From Alphaproteobacteria bacterium (GTDB lineage: Bacteria > Pseudomonadota > Alphaproteobacteria > MPNO01 > UBA830): a stretch of 64,000 bases of DNA. Shown one piece after another: positions 10,617 to 20,138 of this stretch. The first letter of the stretch is position 1, and the number at the start of each line of letters is the position of its first letter. The notes under the pieces were generated by a model. It worked only from the letters and a program-made list of their open reading frames with translations, ran no database searches and was not told the origin of the DNA. Made by a program: the position numbers and the translations under genes. The stretch covers positions 1,696,001-1,760,000 of the forward strand of contig OZ251539.1 in NCBI GenBank assembly GCA_965243135.1, given 5' to 3'.

Positions 10617-11645
10617 TCAGCTGCCGCCGTCCTTGTACATCTTGGACTTGAGGATCTCGAAATCGACGCTGAATTTGCGTTTGGCGGCGTCGGCCCAGTT
10701 GGCAGAGAGAATCGTGTTGATGAACGCTTGGCCGTACTCGCCCTCCAAGGTGTAATCCTTGACGCCTTCCTTGAAGACCTTCTCGTTGTCTATCCGGGCG
10801 TATTCCTTGAGGAGCGCGCCGCTTTCGTTCTCGTATTTCAGACCGGCCGCGAGAAGCTGCTCCTGGGCTTTCTTCGGCAGCTTTTCGAACTTGTCCTTGT
10901 TCATCGTGGCCATCGTGGTGGAACGGAAGAAGCCCGGACCGACGCGGAACTTGATGAACCGTTGCCAGCCGCGCACCGTGACGCCGCCCTCCGGCCAGGC
11001 GAGGCCGTCCACGACGCCGCGTTCAAGAGCGGTGTAGACCTCCGCAGGCGAGATATTCTTGGTCGTCGCTCCCATCGCCTTGAAGAACGGCGTGTAGAGC
11101 GGCGTCGTGCGCATCTTCAGGCCCTTGAGATCGAGTCCGGTAACCTTGCTGGGCTTGGGCTCGTCCTTGAGCCAGATGAAAAACTGGTTGTATCCGTAGA
11201 AGTTGCCCCAACCGAGAAGAATGGCGTTCAACTTCTCGGCCCAGACCTTCGCAAGGAGGTCGTAGCCGCCGTTCTCGCGCCATTCCCGCGGCGAGACGTT
11301 GGAAATGCCGGTCAACCGAGCCTCGGGCACGACATTCGCGTAATAGGTGGTCGGCGACATGATGATGTCGATCAGTCCGCGCGCCATCGCCGGACCCTGC
11401 TTGCGGTTGGGCGTGACTTCGGGGCCGCCGATGTATTTCAGCTTGACGAGGCTTTCGTCCTTTTTCATCTCGGCGACGAACGTATCGAAGAAAGCCGTGC
11501 TCTGATCGTGCGTCTCCTGCAGGGCCGTGGATACCTTGAGTTCCTGCGCGGCATGGCTGTCGGCCCAGGCTGGCAATGCGAGCGCCGTCGACGCGGCCGC
11601 CCCCGCGACGCAGGCCGCGGCCAGTTTTCCAAACGACATCTTCAT
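10617..11645 (-). CDS. TRAP transporter substrate-binding protein (DctP family), orphan
   Basis: Signal peptide; DLKGLKMR, EVYTALERGVVDG motifs. Confidence 0.9.
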   Translation of the reverse strand: MKMSFGKLAAACVAGAAASTALALPAWADSHAAQELKVSTALQETHDQSTAFFDTFVAEMKKDESLVKLKYIGGPEVTPNRKQGPAMARGLIDIIMSPTTYYANVVPEARLTGISNVSPREWRENGGYDLLAKVWAEKLNAILLGWGNFYGYNQFFIWLKDEPKPSKVTGLDLKGLKMRTTPLYTPFFKAMGATTKNISPAEVYTALERGVVDGLAWPEGGVTVRGWQRFIKFRVGPGFFRSTTMATMNKDKFEKLPKKAQEQLLAAGLKYENESGALLKEYARIDNEKVFKEGVKDYTLEGEYGQAFINTILSANWADAAKRKFSVDFEILKSKMYKDGGS

Positions 11646-11812
11646 GGTTTAGTCTCTCCCTTGGTTGCTGCCCTTCCCGCTCGGTCGAACCGGAAAAGCT
11701 CGTCGCGGGTTTTCCGCTCGGGGCGCATTGTAGCAGCGCCGGGTCGTTCCGGTAAGCCTTCGGGAGCGCGGCGGGAATCCGTTCCGAACGGCGTCGCCGG
11801 CTGGGGAATTCG

Positions 11813-13054
11813 ATGCCTGCAAACGCTCCGCGCGCCATGCACGAAGAAGACAGTCCGCGCGGCTGGGTGATCGTCGGCGCGTTGTTCCTCATGCTGGGAT
11901 TCGTTATCGCAGCCCGCAACAGCATCGGGCTGATGATGCCGTTTTGGAAGGAGGATCCCGGCTGGTCCTACAAGTTCGTCGCGACCGTCGGCGGCGTAAT
12001 GATGGCGACCATGGCGGTCGCCGCTCCGGCGGCGGGCGCGATCGTCGATCGCTGGGGGTCGCGCGCCGTCTATGCGGCCGGCATGTCCGTCGTCGGCCTG
12101 GTCTATATCCTTTGTTCGCTCATGACCGAGGAATGGCAGCTCGTCGCGCTGTTCGGCATCGTTGGCGGCGTCGCGTTCGCGGCGATGTCGCCGTCGCTCG
12201 TCTCCACCACCGTCGCTCACCACTTCCGGACGCGTCTGGGACTTGCCACCAGCATCGCCACGTCGGGGAGCACGGGCGGTCAGTTCGCGCTGATGCCGTT
12301 GCTAGCCTTCCTGGTGACCGCGATCACCTGGCGCAACGCGTTCGCGGCAGTAGGCGTCGCGGTGCTCGTCGTCGGGCTCGTCGTCTACCTCCTGATCGGC
12401 CGGGAGCCGCCTCGGCCCGTTCCCTCCCGGGGCCGGCAATCCTCCATTTGGGTTACGCTGCGCATGCTTTCAAGGCGTCCCGTGTTCTGGCTCCTCGGGG
12501 GCGGGTTCTTCGTTTGCGGCTTCACGACAGCCGGCACAGTCAAGATCCACCTCATTCCCTACGCCGTGGCCTGCGGATTTCCGCCCATGCAAAGCGCGAC
12601 CGCCTACGGCGTGCTGTCGTTGTTCAGCCTGATCGGAATGATCGTCTACGGCGCGCTTTCCGACCGGTTTCACAGGCCGGCGCTGCTGGCGAGCTGCTAC
12701 TTCATGCGCGCGTTGACCCTGATCCTTTTACTCCACATCGCGGGCAGCGCCCCCCTGCTCTACGTCTTCGCCGTACTATTCGGCGTCTTCGATTACGCGA
12801 CCTTTCCGATCGTCGCCAGCCTCGTCGCGACCCACATCGGCCGGGCGGTAATGGGCGTCACCATGGGTTTGATTTTCTCGCTTCATTCGCTCGGCGGCGC
12901 GCTCGGCTCGTTCATCGGAGGCTATCTGTTCGACCTGTTCGCCCGCTACGACTGGGTATGGGTGGTTTCGGTGGCGCTTGCGCTGCTGGCGGCGCTTCTC
13001 ACCATCTTCATCAGGGAAAACCGCGAAGCAGCCCACGCCCCGGCTCTCGCTTGA
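11813..13054 (+). CDS. MFS transporter (OFA/MCT-like)
   Basis: GAIVDRWGSR and GALSDRFHR motif-A copies; about 12 TM helices. Confidence 0.9.
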   Translation: MPANAPRAMHEEDSPRGWVIVGALFLMLGFVIAARNSIGLMMPFWKEDPGWSYKFVATVGGVMMATMAVAAPAAGAIVDRWGSRAVYAAGMSVVGLVYILCSLMTEEWQLVALFGIVGGVAFAAMSPSLVSTTVAHHFRTRLGLATSIATSGSTGGQFALMPLLAFLVTAITWRNAFAAVGVAVLVVGLVVYLLIGREPPRPVPSRGRQSSIWVTLRMLSRRPVFWLLGGGFFVCGFTTAGTVKIHLIPYAVACGFPPMQSATAYGVLSLFSLIGMIVYGALSDRFHRPALLASCYFMRALTLILLLHIAGSAPLLYVFAVLFGVFDYATFPIVASLVATHIGRAVMGVTMGLIFSLHSLGGALGSFIGGYLFDLFARYDWVWVVSVALALLAALLTIFIRENREAAHAPALA

Positions 13055-13949
13055 GCTGGCGAGACACGCGGCGCGGGCGCCTCGTTTGACTATAGATTTC
13101 GAATTTGCGGAGCGGCGGGATGTAGGGCCCGGAAAATGGAAGGCTGGAACGCTGCCGAACATATTTTGCGCATTCGTGAACAGCCACTTCTTTGAGAAAG
13201 ACAATGCGGATGAGGAAAAGGCGAGCCGGTTTTGCGCCGACGCTTTTCTGATATCGAGCTCTCTTGAGCTGAGTTTCGAATTGTCCTCCCTTTGTCGATT
13301 CTGAAACGCAATGTTCCGCCCTGGACCGAAGCCGACGCGGCTTGGCGCAAGCCGGACAATGATCCGTTGTGGACGGAAGGGAACATGCCCCATGTTTCGC
13401 CCCCGGGAACCGGCAGTCGCAACATACTGCTTATTTACAGTCCCGTTATTCTCTTCGATCAGTGACGGTCGCAGTTTCTTCAAGAAGAGGGACGATCTCG
13501 ATTTCAGCGTTCCGGCCTAAGGTGTTTTGGTTCTTGGCTTACACGACGCTTAGCAAACGAACGGATTGCCCTAGCGTGAACGTGGTTCGGAAGTACTGTC
13601 TGAACAGCGGTCGGATTTCGTTCGTAGGGCAAGATTCCGCATCGCGGCACTTGTGGAACGTGCCCACTCCTACGGACATTCGTTTGGTGTGGTCAATGTG
13701 GTCGATGTCGATGCCTTTCCAAGAAATTCGAAAAATTGCTAAGTGTCTCTACTTCGTGGTTGCAGCGACCTAGCTAATTGCTACGTCAACTTGGACGGCT
13801 TTCGGAGGCAGAAAAAGCCTATAGATGATAGCTTATTGATAATAAGGGTTTTGAAATAGGCTCGGACCTGCGGTCGAAATGCGAGCGAACGCAAGCCTCA
13901 ACACAGGCGATGTGAAGCTGCTTCTCTCAAACCGAGGAGAAACCGCCAA

Positions 13950-14311
13950 CGGTCGGAAAGTGACGAAGTGTGTGCGCATTTCAAACAGATATCTATGGGA
14001 TGAATTGAGCCTTGCATATCTTGATCCGAGAACGAAAAGTTATGCGCGGGCGAAGGCATGATTACGGCCGAAAGCCGGATGCGGGACTTCCGTATGTCCG
14101 GCTTAGCGAGTAGGGATAGCGCTTCATCAAAATAAAATTTTAGTTTTTTCGCGCAGTATTCGCCTACGAGGATCCCAACTCAGCTTATGGCCTCATCCAA
14201 AGACTGCATTGTGATGAAGCACTAGAAACGTGGGCGTAGGATTGGGCCTGGAGCGAAAGCGACGGAACATCCACCGGACCCTACCGCTAACGCGCCAGTC
14301 CTCGACTCTAC
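13950..14311 (+). mobile_element. Group II intron 3' remnant (RT/maturase C-terminus, domain V, domain VI)
   Basis: Peptide ...VRISNRYLWDELSLAYLDPRTKSYARAKA* resembles intron-encoded protein C-termini; then DV-like GAAAGCCGGATGCGGGACTTCCGTATGTCCGGCTT; DVI ends CGCGCCAGTCCTCGACTCTAC. Confidence 0.8.
14119..14222. mobile_element. MITE (~104 bp) with 15-bp terminal inverted repeats and TA target duplication
   Basis: Left GCGCTTCATCAAAAT versus right-end reverse complement GTGCTTCATCACAAT (13/15), flanked by TA at 14117-14118 and 14223-14224. Confidence 0.7.
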
Positions 14312-14413
14312 TCCACGTCCGACAATCCGAATCCATTTGTGTTGTAATTCGACAACATCAGCGCGGATGCCGCCGAGGACCTCCAGCCCATCGGCATTTG
14401 AGAAGTCATCCTG

Positions 14414-14977
14414 TCAGTTTGGATCTTTATTGGAACATGCATGCCAGCATCTTTCCTCACAATCGTGCCAGCAGTTTTGCTCGCCCGTCCGATCCATCCT
14501 TTCCCTGAACGTTTCCTTGTATAAGAGCTTTGTTTTTTCGAAGGCCCTTTTCAGGTTTGCGGCATCCTCTTCTCCTCTCATGCCAAAATAAGGGAAGTGA
14601 TGAAAATATCCCCCAAAAATGTTATCACTATCACGGCAATAAGCACGTGTATCCAAGATGTGATAATGCCACATTGTGTCCATGATTTTGTTTGGGACAA
14701 TTGAGTGATCTGGGTAAGGAAATCTGCGGCACAAAGTAAGATATCTCTTGTACTCTATCTCTCCATCATCACATTGTTCTTTTGTCCAACTAACACCTTC
14801 CTCAACTTCCATCATCTTCGTTTTCACCATTTCAAGATCGATTTCAGCAATATCAGCATCGATGCGTTTGGATAGAAGAAATTCTATTCTTGGCATACTG
14901 ATCTTGTTCGTCATGAACACCGGATTGGGCAAGGAATTTCGGGTTTCCGTTCCGATTTTTTGAGTTAGTCCCGTCAT
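14414..14977 (-). CDS. GRDP/DUF1399-like ('glycine-rich domain-containing') protein with Cys-rich C-terminal tail
   Basis: EYKRYL, IVPNKIMDTMWHYHILDTRAY, YFHHFPYFG motifs; tail CWHDCEERCWHAC; RBS AGGAG. Confidence 0.75.
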   Translation of the reverse strand: MTGLTQKIGTETRNSLPNPVFMTNKISMPRIEFLLSKRIDADIAEIDLEMVKTKMMEVEEGVSWTKEQCDDGEIEYKRYLTLCRRFPYPDHSIVPNKIMDTMWHYHILDTRAYCRDSDNIFGGYFHHFPYFGMRGEEDAANLKRAFEKTKLLYKETFRERMDRTGEQNCWHDCEERCWHACSNKDPN

Positions 14978-14989
14978 GGTTCATTCTCC

Positions 14990-15634
14990 TTAGTTAGACA
15001 GGTTGCTAGATGGGTAACGAGTGATCCAATAGCGCTTCAAAAAACGCTTCGGATCAGAAAACGCGTGACGACCATGCAATATTCTTCCGTTATCGACTAC
15101 CAACACATCGTCTGTAAGCATTTTAAACTCTGCAATCTTACATTCAGGCAAATTTTCATGAAACCGTGTGACCGATTCCTTTTGTAAAGGCGACAAATTA
15201 TGTTCCCGAACTAACCAGAAACTATAATAGATTTTAACCACTCCGTTCGCTATCTTTACCAGCGGGTGGTTCCCCTCATCATTTGCAAATACTTTATGTT
15301 CAAATAGATATATACTGGACAAGGCTTGCCGTTGTATTGGCGACAATTTTAGATACGCTGCTCGGGCATCTGCAAGGACAGTTTCACCACCTTCTTTTGA
15401 CGATCTAATGCAGATCCAAGCGACGTAATCTGCCTTCGGATGATCTGTATGGAAGCCTAGTGCCCGATTAGAGGTAACCAGATTCTCATTTTTCAAGTTT
15501 ACTTTCACATCAGTGATGTAGATTATTTCGCCCAATTGATTTGCAATGATATCCAATCCTTCCTGTCCCACACGCTCAAGAAGTGCGTACCCCATTTCAT
15601 GTAATTGTGCCATTGTACCATTTATCTTCATCAA
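14990..15634 (-). CDS. TauD/TfdA-family Fe(II)/2-oxoglutarate dioxygenase
   Basis: HxD (FHTDH), GGETVLAD, DNGRILHGR and the distal R-x-L-x-R motif. Confidence 0.85.
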   Translation of the reverse strand: MMKINGTMAQLHEMGYALLERVGQEGLDIIANQLGEIIYITDVKVNLKNENLVTSNRALGFHTDHPKADYVAWICIRSSKEGGETVLADARAAYLKLSPIQRQALSSIYLFEHKVFANDEGNHPLVKIANGVVKIYYSFWLVREHNLSPLQKESVTRFHENLPECKIAEFKMLTDDVLVVDNGRILHGRHAFSDPKRFLKRYWITRYPSSNLSN

Positions 15635-15685
15635 TTTCTCGTTAGCTCAGTTAATGTCCGTTCGTGAAGTGACAGCCTATTCGTC

Positions 15686-15707
15686 GAGGGGTCGCTTTCG
15701 ACCCCTT
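15686..15707. terminator. Hairpin upstream of the dioxygenase gene
   Basis: GGGGTCG-CTTT-CGACCCC inverted repeat. Confidence 0.35.
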
Positions 15708-16449
15708 CAAAGATCTGGCGGCGTCTTGGATCGGGAGAGGGCGTTCGTTCCGGGCATCGGATTTGTTCGGTCCCCCCATGCACGGCTCCTCCGTCGGGCA
15801 GGCCCGGCAACGGAAGGTTTCGAGCGGTATTCCGCACGGAAGGTCTCGGGCGGATCGGACGCGATGCGCAGGGATCGGTGTCGATCGCCGGGCAGTCGTC
15901 GTTCGAACGGAGCGAGGAGTAGGCGAGAGCGGTGCCCCGGGATCGGCTCCCATCAATCGTCAGGGTCGGGTTACGACAGTGTGCTCCGAGGTCACCGAGC
16001 CTGTCCGGTAGCGCGCTCTTCCGAGTCGCGATGCCGGAGCCGGAGACAGCGAGCGATGAACTCGTTCCGGCGAGGGTCGACAGCGACGAGTTCGGACATC
16101 GGCAAGACGTTGGGGTGGGCAGGAAAGGCTGTTGGTCGGTCGCGGACGCGCTGACCTCATGCACACCCACCCTTGACGACAGCCGTTCAAAATCGCTCAA
16201 CACTGTCCGCATAGAATCACTTTCGACCCGTGTAGATGGAAAAATAGCACAACCGCTTCGTGGAAGTAACAATTATTTGGCGGGAACCTTGGTACGGTCC
16301 CTCCTGGAAACGCGACTACGACCGTCGCCCTACATGGAGCGGATTTACAGCTCCGCCAACAACGCTTAGGATAGGAACGTTCGTTCCGGCAGGGAACGAT
16401 GCCCGCGACAGAGTCGCCGAACTCGCCCACCGAGCAGGGATCCCGGGAC

Positions 16450-18792
16450 ATGGAGCACAAAGGCGTCGGCGGCAGCGTTCCGCGAAAGGAGGACGACCGG
16501 TTCCTTAACGGCGCCGGCCAGTACATCCCCGATCTCAAATTCCCAGGCATGTGGCATGCCGCCTTTTGCAGGAGTCAGCTCGCGCATGCGCGGCTGGTCC
16601 GGGTAGCGCCGCCGAAAGAGGCGCAGAAGCAGGTCTTCACGGTCAAGGACTTGGACGGCGTCAAGCCCATTCGGTCGACGGCCGCGCTTCCGGGTTTCCA
16701 GGGAGCGGATTTTGCGGTTCTCGCGGGAGAAAAGGCGCGTTACGTCGGCGAGCAGATCGCGATGGCGGTCGCCCCCACCCGCGCCGAAGCGGAAGACATC
16801 GCGGAGGCCATCGAGGTCGAATACGACGAATTGCCGGCAATCGTCACGACCGAGGACGCGCTTTCGCCCGACATGCCGCTCGTTCACGAACATTGGAACA
16901 GTAACGTGGTCTGCGAGACGGTGTTCGAAAACGGCGACATGGACGCCGCCAAGGCGGCGGCGGATCACGTAATCACCCGGCGCTTCGACATGGCGCGGCA
17001 AACGCCGATGCCCATGGAGGGACGAGGCGTCTGCGCGCAGCCCGACCGACGCACGGACGAGTTGATGGTGTGGATGTCGAACCAGTTGCCGCATCCCATG
17101 CAGCGAGGGTTGGCGAAGTTTCTCGGACTCGACATCAACCGCGTGCGCGTGATCTGCCCCGACGTCGGAGGCGGCTTCGGCCTCAAGACCTATCTCGACG
17201 GCGAAAGCGTCGCCGTCGCATGGGCCGCCCTGCATCTCGGGCGCCCGATCAAGTGGGTGCAGGACCGATTCGAACACCTCGTCACCGACGCCGACTGCCG
17301 AGAGCACGAAGTGTCAATCAGCATGTATGTCGATAGCGAGGGTCGCATTCTCGGGATCGAAGGCGAGTACCTCGTCGATGCCGGCGCGTACTCGCCGTGG
17401 CCGTGGCCGGTCGGCGTCGAGGCCGCCACCGGCATCGGAAACCTCCAGGGGCCCTACGACGTGCCGGCGTTTCGAGGGCGCTCGATCACGATCTGCACCA
17501 ACAAGCCTGCCAGCCAGCCGTTCAGGGGAGTCGCTCGCCCGGGCGTCTGCTTCTCCGGCGAACTGACGCTGGACGCCGCCGCGCGCAAGGTCGGCCGGGA
17601 ACCGTGGGACGTGAGACTGGACAATCTCGTGAAGCCCGAGCAGATGCCCTACGAAACCGTGACGCGCAAGCGCCTCGACAGCGGCGACTATCCTGAAGCC
17701 ATGCGGCGTTGCATGGCCGCGATCGACGTCGATGCCGTCCGTCGGCGCCAGAAGTCGAAGGAGCCGGACGGCCGCAGGATCGGCGTCGGCTTCGCGGCGT
17801 TTTACGAGCAGACCGCCTACGGCACGGGCCCGCAGGGCTATTCCGCCTGGGGCATCGAACTCGTGCCGGGCATGGAGATGGCCAGCGTAAAGCTGACGGC
17901 GGACGGGGGGATCTGGGCGTCCGTCGGCATCCACTCCCACGGCCAAGGCCTCGAAACGACGCTGGCGCAGGTCGTGACGTCGGTGCTCGGCGTCGACCCT
18001 GATCGGGTGGCTATCCGCTACGGAGACACCGCGACGGCGTATGCCGGCACCGGCACCTACGCATCGCGCAGCATCGTCGTCGCCGGCGGCGCCGTCGCCC
18101 AGACCTGCCGGGAACTCATCCCCCGCCTCGAGCGCATCGGCGCGCACCTGCTTCAGTGCGAAGAATCCGAGGCGAGAGTCGAGGGCGGGCGGGTTTTCGG
18201 GCCAGGCGGCTCCGTTGGATTCGACGCCATTGCCGAGGCCTTCTACCATCATCCGGAAGATCTTCCGGACGACGCTGATCGCAACGGGCTTACCGCCACG
18301 ACGGGTTACAACGACGAAGTGCACGGCGGCGTATTCGGTTTCGGCGCGCACGGCGCGGTCGTCGCCGTCGACACGGAGACGGGACAGGTCGAAATTCTCG
18401 ACTACGCGATCGTCGGAGACTGCGGCACGATGGTCAATCCGGCGATCGTAAAGGGTCAGGTCATCGGCGGTTACGCCCAAGGCATCGGCAATGCGCTGTA
18501 CGAGGAATCGAGATACGACCCGAACGGCCAGCCCCTTTCGGTGACGCTCGCCGACTACCACGTTCCCGCCGCTCCGATGATTCCGGACTGCAAGTACGAA
18601 CACATGGAGACTCCGTCTCCATACACGACCTTCGGCGTGAAGGGCGTCGGCGAATCCGGCGCCATCGGCCCGCTCGGCGCCGTCGGCAACGCGATCAACG
18701 ACGCGCTTGCCGACCTCGGCGCGGAGGTGAACGAGACGCCGATCACGCCGCGTCGGCTCTGCGCGGCGATCGCCGGGGGAGCGCGCCCATGA
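16450..18792 (+). CDS. Xanthine dehydrogenase/CoxL-family molybdopterin-binding subunit
   Basis: RKEDDRFLNGAGQY, DVGGGFGLK, HGQGLETT, GTYASRS, KGVGESG; active-site loop QPFRGVARP; start may be 16399. Confidence 0.93.
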   Translation: MEHKGVGGSVPRKEDDRFLNGAGQYIPDLKFPGMWHAAFCRSQLAHARLVRVAPPKEAQKQVFTVKDLDGVKPIRSTAALPGFQGADFAVLAGEKARYVGEQIAMAVAPTRAEAEDIAEAIEVEYDELPAIVTTEDALSPDMPLVHEHWNSNVVCETVFENGDMDAAKAAADHVITRRFDMARQTPMPMEGRGVCAQPDRRTDELMVWMSNQLPHPMQRGLAKFLGLDINRVRVICPDVGGGFGLKTYLDGESVAVAWAALHLGRPIKWVQDRFEHLVTDADCREHEVSISMYVDSEGRILGIEGEYLVDAGAYSPWPWPVGVEAATGIGNLQGPYDVPAFRGRSITICTNKPASQPFRGVARPGVCFSGELTLDAAARKVGREPWDVRLDNLVKPEQMPYETVTRKRLDSGDYPEAMRRCMAAIDVDAVRRRQKSKEPDGRRIGVGFAAFYEQTAYGTGPQGYSAWGIELVPGMEMASVKLTADGGIWASVGIHSHGQGLETTLAQVVTSVLGVDPDRVAIRYGDTATAYAGTGTYASRSIVVAGGAVAQTCRELIPRLERIGAHLLQCEESEARVEGGRVFGPGGSVGFDAIAEAFYHHPEDLPDDADRNGLTATTGYNDEVHGGVFGFGAHGAVVAVDTETGQVEILDYAIVGDCGTMVNPAIVKGQVIGGYAQGIGNALYEESRYDPNGQPLSVTLADYHVPAAPMIPDCKYEHMETPSPYTTFGVKGVGESGAIGPLGAVGNAINDALADLGAEVNETPITPRRLCAAIAGGARP

Positions 18793-19634
18793 AGCCCGCG
18801 CCGTTCGAGTTCGCCCGTGCGCGAAATCTGGACGAGGCGGTTCGCCTTCTCGGCGCGAGCGCCGGGGAAGCGCGCCCCTACGCCGGCGGACAATCGCTCG
18901 GTCCGATGTTGAATTTCAGGCTCGCGCGGCCGCGGCTGCTTGTCGATATATCGAAAATCGACGCGCTCGGAGCGGTCGAGGCGGACGAAGGAGGCGTGAC
19001 CGTCGGGGCGACGACCGTGCATGCCGATTTCGAAGACGGCGTCGTGCCGGACGTCGCCAACGGCCTGTTGCGCCGGGCGGCTTCGGGCATAGCGTATCGC
19101 GCGGTGCGCAATCGGGGGACCCTGGGCGGCAGCCTCGCCCATGCCGACCCGGCAGCCGACTGGCCGCCGGTCATGATCGCGCTCGACGCGTCGATCCGGT
19201 TCCGCAACGCCGCCGGAGACCACGAAACGACCGCTTCGGAATTCGTCACGGGCAACTTGACGACGGTGCTGGAACAGGGCGACGTCATCCGGTCGATCCG
19301 GATTCCGCGCCTGTCGCCCGGCGGGCGCTGGGGGCACTGCAAGATCTGCGTGAAGCCGGGAGATTTCGCGGAATCGCTCTGCGTCGTCGTTTTGGATCCG
19401 CCTCGGCATCGCGTCGTGCTCGCCGGTCCCGCAACCCCTCCCCTCCGTCTTGCCGGCGTCGAGGAGCTGATCGTCGGCGCCGAAGGCTGGTCGTCCGCGC
19501 TTGCGGAAAGCCTCAAGGCGAAAGCCGGCGAGGAAGTCCGGCGAAGCGGGTTCGTCGAAAAGGACGACCATTATGCTGTCAATCTTCACGGGACCGCCGT
19601 CGCGCGCGCGGCGCGGGAGGCCATGAACCGATGA
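18789..19634 (+). CDS. Mo-hydroxylase FAD-binding subunit (CoxM-like)
   Basis: MKPAPF, AGGQSL, VRNRGTLGGSLAHADPAAD. Confidence 0.93.
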   Translation: MKPAPFEFARARNLDEAVRLLGASAGEARPYAGGQSLGPMLNFRLARPRLLVDISKIDALGAVEADEGGVTVGATTVHADFEDGVVPDVANGLLRRAASGIAYRAVRNRGTLGGSLAHADPAADWPPVMIALDASIRFRNAAGDHETTASEFVTGNLTTVLEQGDVIRSIRIPRLSPGGRWGHCKICVKPGDFAESLCVVVLDPPRHRVVLAGPATPPLRLAGVEELIVGAEGWSSALAESLKAKAGEEVRRSGFVEKDDHYAVNLHGTAVARAAREAMNR

Positions 19635-20098
19635 TTCGGACCTCGTTCACGATCAACGGCCGGCATCTGTCCGCCGAGGTGGAGCCGCGCCTGTCCCTCG
19701 CCGACTTCCTTCGGGATCGCGAGGATCTGACCGGAACTCACACCGCTTGCGAACACGGCGTTTGCGGCGCGTGCACGCTGTTGATCGACGGCAAGCCCGC
19801 CCGTTCCTGCATAACGCTGGCCGCCGCGGTCGACGGAAGCGAGATAAGGACCGTCGAAGGCTACGACGGCGATGCGGAGATGGCCGCCATCCGCAAGGCC
19901 TTCAAGGAAGCGCATGCGGTTCAGTGCGGATACTGCACGCCTGGCATGCTTGCCACCGCCTACGACATCGTAAACCGGTTGCCCGATGCCGATCGCGATC
20001 GCATCAAGCGCGAACTGGCGGGCAATCTTTGTCGTTGCACCGGCTACCTTCAGATCGTCGACGCAATCCAGCTGGCGCTTCGCGAAATTCACGGCTGA
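19631..20098 (+). CDS. Mo-hydroxylase [2Fe-2S] subunit (CoxS-like)
   Basis: CEHGVCGAC, QCGYCTPG, NLCRCTGY. Confidence 0.95.
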   Translation: MIRTSFTINGRHLSAEVEPRLSLADFLRDREDLTGTHTACEHGVCGACTLLIDGKPARSCITLAAAVDGSEIRTVEGYDGDAEMAAIRKAFKEAHAVQCGYCTPGMLATAYDIVNRLPDADRDRIKRELAGNLCRCTGYLQIVDAIQLALREIHG

Positions 20099-20109
20099 CA
20101 GCCCCGCGA

Positions 20110-20138
20110 CGCCCGCCGCCGAAATCGGCGGCGGGCGC
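20110..20138 (+). terminator. Hairpin after the Mo-hydroxylase operon
   Basis: CGCCCGCCGCCGA-AA-TCGGCGGCGGGCG perfect stem. Confidence 0.6.

Noticed and set aside
12776-13483. 235-aa minus-strand ORF at the island edge
   Set aside because: It has no recognisable motifs and overlaps the MFS gene antisense.
15631-16272. 213-aa ORF abutting the dioxygenase as a third operon gene
   Set aside because: It has Ser/Arg/Pro-rich non-protein-like composition, no RBS and a different GC from the cassette, so it is likely eroded DNA.
16450-20098. Aerobic CO dehydrogenase
   Set aside because: It lacks the AYxCSFR motif, has L-M-S order, and has no cox accessory genes.
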